From positions 1,376,001-1,440,000 of the forward strand of contig CP000071.1 in NCBI GenBank assembly GCA_000002445.1: 64,000 bases of DNA, written 5' to 3'. A program made the position numbers and the translations under genes. Source of the DNA: Trypanosoma brucei. Lineage: Eukaryota. A model generated the notes under the pieces. That model worked only from the letters and a program-made list of their open reading frames with translations. It was not told the DNA's origin and searched no databases. Shown here one piece after another: positions 61,486 to 64,000 of the stretch (position 1 is the stretch's first letter; each line of letters begins with the position of its first letter).

Positions 61486-64000
61486 TCATGGAGTATCGAA
61501 CAACTTGTCAAGACTAACAAAAAGATGGTCTATCCTGCGGTAAAAACTCTCCGCACATGCGAGCAACGGATCCACAGGCTCTACGTCGGGGAACCTCTCG
61601 ACATCCGCCAGTGTATAGAGTTTCCTATCAGTTCCTAAGCAACGTAGTGAAAGAACACGGTGTGCATTCTTCACTGCCGACGGGCAGTTAAGGGCCTGTG
61701 GGACGTCAAACATTGCTCGAAGGTACGTGAATTGCGCCCGAAGAGCACGGACCGAGGCAACATTCCCGCCTGAACAATAAAACTGCCGGATTATCGTGTG
61801 ACACATTTGCGTCATACAATTTGCTAGATACGCAAGGGGGAGGGATCGACCGCAGTTGAAACACACATAAAGCTCAAAGGGTGCGGTGGGAGGTGGCTTT
61901 TCACGACTGGAAAACATGTCGTTTATGTATTTGTGCGGGTCCACTGGGACAACCAACTGGCAATGTGTGCATTGAACCTGTAATGCCGTAGCAGTTGGAA
62001 AACATTCGGAGAGTGCACGGCTCTTGAAAATGGAACAGTGGGAGAAGTCGTTAGCGGTGTCTTCCTCCTTAACGTCGCGTTCCGTTCGCATATGACTTGC
62101 AATACACATTGCTTCACTAAGTTGCTCCGGTACGAAACCTTGGATATGCTCGCACAAACGCATCACTGGAGGATAAAGTTGTGAAGACAGATACCATTCG
62201 ACGTCAACAGAGAGTCCATCAGAGCGTCGCACTTCATCGATGTGGTAGGCCTTATCATCGATATGCTCATCACCTTCACAAATGACGTACGGAATAAGGT
62301 CACCAACGCGAACGCCCTCCTTCCTCTGTTTCATACGAAGAGCGACAACAGCATGGGGATATCCTGTGCCATGATATGACTCCGGCTCCTTTGTCAAGCT
62401 CTTCGAGATAACAAATTCTTCAAGAGGGTAGACGTTTCCAGAACGAACATCTTGCGCAACGCCCTTCATGTACTTGATGACGAAGTCTAGTATGTCTTCG
62501 CCACCTTCAGCATTTAATATCCTCTTTAGAACAGCGTCAGATACATGTTGGGAAAGCGGGCACCAATCCCTTCGCACCATATCCAATCCTTTCACCTCCC
62601 TCTTGTATACCTTCCCCTCCCCCTGCCAGTCCACGACGCTCAACGCAGCATATTTCTTTTTCCTAAGTAGCAACATCGCCCGGAAAACCCCATCTATATC
62701 CAACTCCAGACTCTGATACCTCTGGTTGACTTTGCCTTTAATTTCGAATCCAAGATTACGCACTTTTCCAATGTCATCCTTGATTCCCGTTTGTATCATC
62801 ACTGAATCTGTGTCTCCATATATGACTCTGATTGATGGGGAAATTTGTGGTATCAACTCCACTGTGTTTTGAAGGGCAAGACGTCCCTGTCGAGTGACCA
62901 ACTCAGCGAGGGGTTGTGCATAAAAACGGGAATATTCAAATCCCAGACATCCGTACATGCTATTTGCCGTTAGTTTCAGAGCCAACTGCCTAATTTCTAG
63001 CATAGCGAGATTACCTGGGTCCCTCTCTGACTTCATCATTCGCTTGATCTCCCTCCTGCTGTCCACAAGACCACGAATAACCTTCGGTAGAATGCACTTG
63101 TGTAGGCACGGTGAGGGCAAACCTGCGGCCCTACAAGAGAGGCAAATAAGGCTCTCGGGTGGCGGTACCTCGGCAGATACAGTGTTCTCATCGCGGTCAA
63201 TGGTAGTATAGCAGACATTGAATTCCTGAATCAGCGAAGGATAAAGTGAATTGAAGTCCAGCAGCAGAATGTACTCGGAGTAAAGCCCACTCTTTGGTTC
63301 GAGAACCATACCACCTTGGTACTTTGTTTTCCGTTTGCCTTCATCATCATCATCTTCCCGACCTCTCTTTAAATCACGTTTTTTCTTATCAGGTGTTACA
63401 AACTTCAAGTTGTGAAAAGCGTGTAGAAGAAGATATTCAATCCTCTCCGAACGAGCACCATATAGCGTTCGGCTCCATAAGTTCCCTGCCAGCAGCGTGA
63501 GCCTCTTCGTAAGCGGGATGACGTCAAGGAACGAGGCTACGTTGAAAGAAAGAACAGCACAATTAAGAAGCTGCAAGAGGATAGGGCAAAGAGCCTCGGA
63601 AGACATCATTGAGTCCTTAACCAACACGGTTGATCCCGGTTCGAAGTGGCCCCGGTTGTCCGTAATACCTTTGATTTCCATCTGCGTGCTCAGCGAAAGC
63701 AACTTGTAGTTCGTGCTTTTATAGTACTCTCTCGCAAGAAGGTAGGTATCAACGACAAGACGACCAACACAAGCCTCTTTCTCAATGGCCAGATTGAAAT
63801 TGTTCCCCTGTATTCGCGGAAAACGTCTGACATCAAGTCTACCAATCGTAGACCAGCGAACAATGTTTAGCTCCTGATAGCGATTTAAGAGAGTCTCGAC
63901 GGTATATCCGATAATATTGTGTCCGACGATAATATCGGGATCCAACGCAGCAAGGGTCTCCGCAAACCACGTAAGCAGCGCCCTCTCGTTTATAAAACGG
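61486..64000 (-). CDS. POLA1: DNA polymerase alpha catalytic subunit (family B), C-terminal 819 codons; the N-terminus lies beyond the window
   Basis: Motif A (DFNSLYPSLIQEFNVCYTT), the pol-alpha KKKYAALS motif, motif C (YGDTDSVMIQ) and the C-terminal zinc-finger domain (CTHCQ...CFNCG) are present. The ORF is open to the window end. Confidence 0.9.
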   Translation of the reverse strand, partial: RFINERALLTWFAETLAALDPDIIVGHNIIGYTVETLLNRYQELNIVRWSTIGRLDVRRFPRIQGNNFNLAIEKEACVGRLVVDTYLLAREYYKSTNYKLLSLSTQMEIKGITDNRGHFEPGSTVLVKDSMMSSEALCPILLQLLNCAVLSFNVASFLDVIPLTKRLTLLAGNLWSRTLYGARSERIEYLLLHAFHNLKFVTPDKKKRDLKRGREDDDDEGKRKTKYQGGMVLEPKSGLYSEYILLLDFNSLYPSLIQEFNVCYTTIDRDENTVSAEVPPPESLICLSCRAAGLPSPCLHKCILPKVIRGLVDSRREIKRMMKSERDPGNLAMLEIRQLALKLTANSMYGCLGFEYSRFYAQPLAELVTRQGRLALQNTVELIPQISPSIRVIYGDTDSVMIQTGIKDDIGKVRNLGFEIKGKVNQRYQSLELDIDGVFRAMLLLRKKKYAALSVVDWQGEGKVYKREVKGLDMVRRDWCPLSQHVSDAVLKRILNAEGGEDILDFVIKYMKGVAQDVRSGNVYPLEEFVISKSLTKEPESYHGTGYPHAVVALRMKQRKEGVRVGDLIPYVICEGDEHIDDKAYHIDEVRRSDGLSVDVEWYLSSQLYPPVMRLCEHIQGFVPEQLSEAMCIASHMRTERDVKEEDTANDFSHCSIFKSRALSECFPTATALQVQCTHCQLVVPVDPHKYINDMFSSREKPPPTAPFELYVCFNCGRSLPLAYLANCMTQMCHTIIRQFYCSGGNVASVRALRAQFTYLRAMFDVPQALNCPSAVKNAHRVLSLRCLGTDRKLYTLADVERFPDVEPVDPLLACAESFYRRIDHLFVSLDKLFDTP

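Noticed and set aside
1-64000. Bacterial-style interpretation (operons, defence islands, phage or IS elements)
   Set aside because: The gene content is eukaryotic and specifically kinetoplastid-like, with Rab18, kinesin, U1-70K, eIF4G, prohibitin and DNA polymerase alpha in a unidirectional intron-less cluster. There are no Shine-Dalgarno-spaced starts, integrases, transposases or restriction/CRISPR components.

Overview
This window reads as a kinetoplastid (Trypanosoma-type) chromosome segment. Every credible protein-coding gene, about 20 in all, lies on the minus strand without introns, so the window looks like one long polycistronic transcription unit with no strand switch. Polypyrimidine tracts on the minus strand followed by AG sit upstream of the start codons, as expected for trans-splicing.

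The supplied ORF track accepts GTG and TTG as starts, so I re-derived start codons by hand and trimmed several ORFs to the first true ATG.

Content in window order (the transcript runs from high to low coordinates):
- 573-947: a small zinc-ribbon-like hypothetical protein.
- ~4.1-19.2 kb: a 15-kb tandem array of 458-aa amino acid permease (AAT family) genes. It has five intact, near-identical copies plus a 3' fragment of a sixth, with a unit of about 2,983 bp. The variant pattern across copies is mosaic and mirror-like.
- 19.2-19.5 kb: a T-rich low-complexity tract.
- 20,417-21,214: a hypothetical zinc-ribbon protein.
- ~23.4-27.3 kb: a roughly 4-kb GC-rich island with no ORF, of unknown nature.
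- 27.6-28.2 kb: a Rab18-like GTPase.
- 28,852-41,307: a giant 4,151-aa protein with a CLU-like N-terminal region and dozens of copies of a short Y-P-F-L motif. It includes about 2.65 near-identical 1,701-bp tandem repeats.
- 42.2-64.0 kb: a helix-rich hypothetical protein, a WD40 protein, prohibitin, a MIF4G/eIF4G-like protein, a U1-70K-like RRM protein, a kinesin with a C-terminal PH-like fold, an Mdm12-like SMP-domain protein, a PPR-like helical-repeat protein, a WD40 plus coiled-coil protein (CFAP57-like), and the C-terminal 819 codons of DNA polymerase alpha, truncated at the window edge.

From memory the gene order matches the T. brucei chromosome 8 AAT5-PHB1-EIF4G5 neighbourhood, but I could not verify that without a database search.

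There is no prokaryotic defence or mobile system here. The points worth follow-up are the mosaic permease array, the giant repeat protein, the GC-rich island, and the SMP-domain and kinesin-PH proteins.
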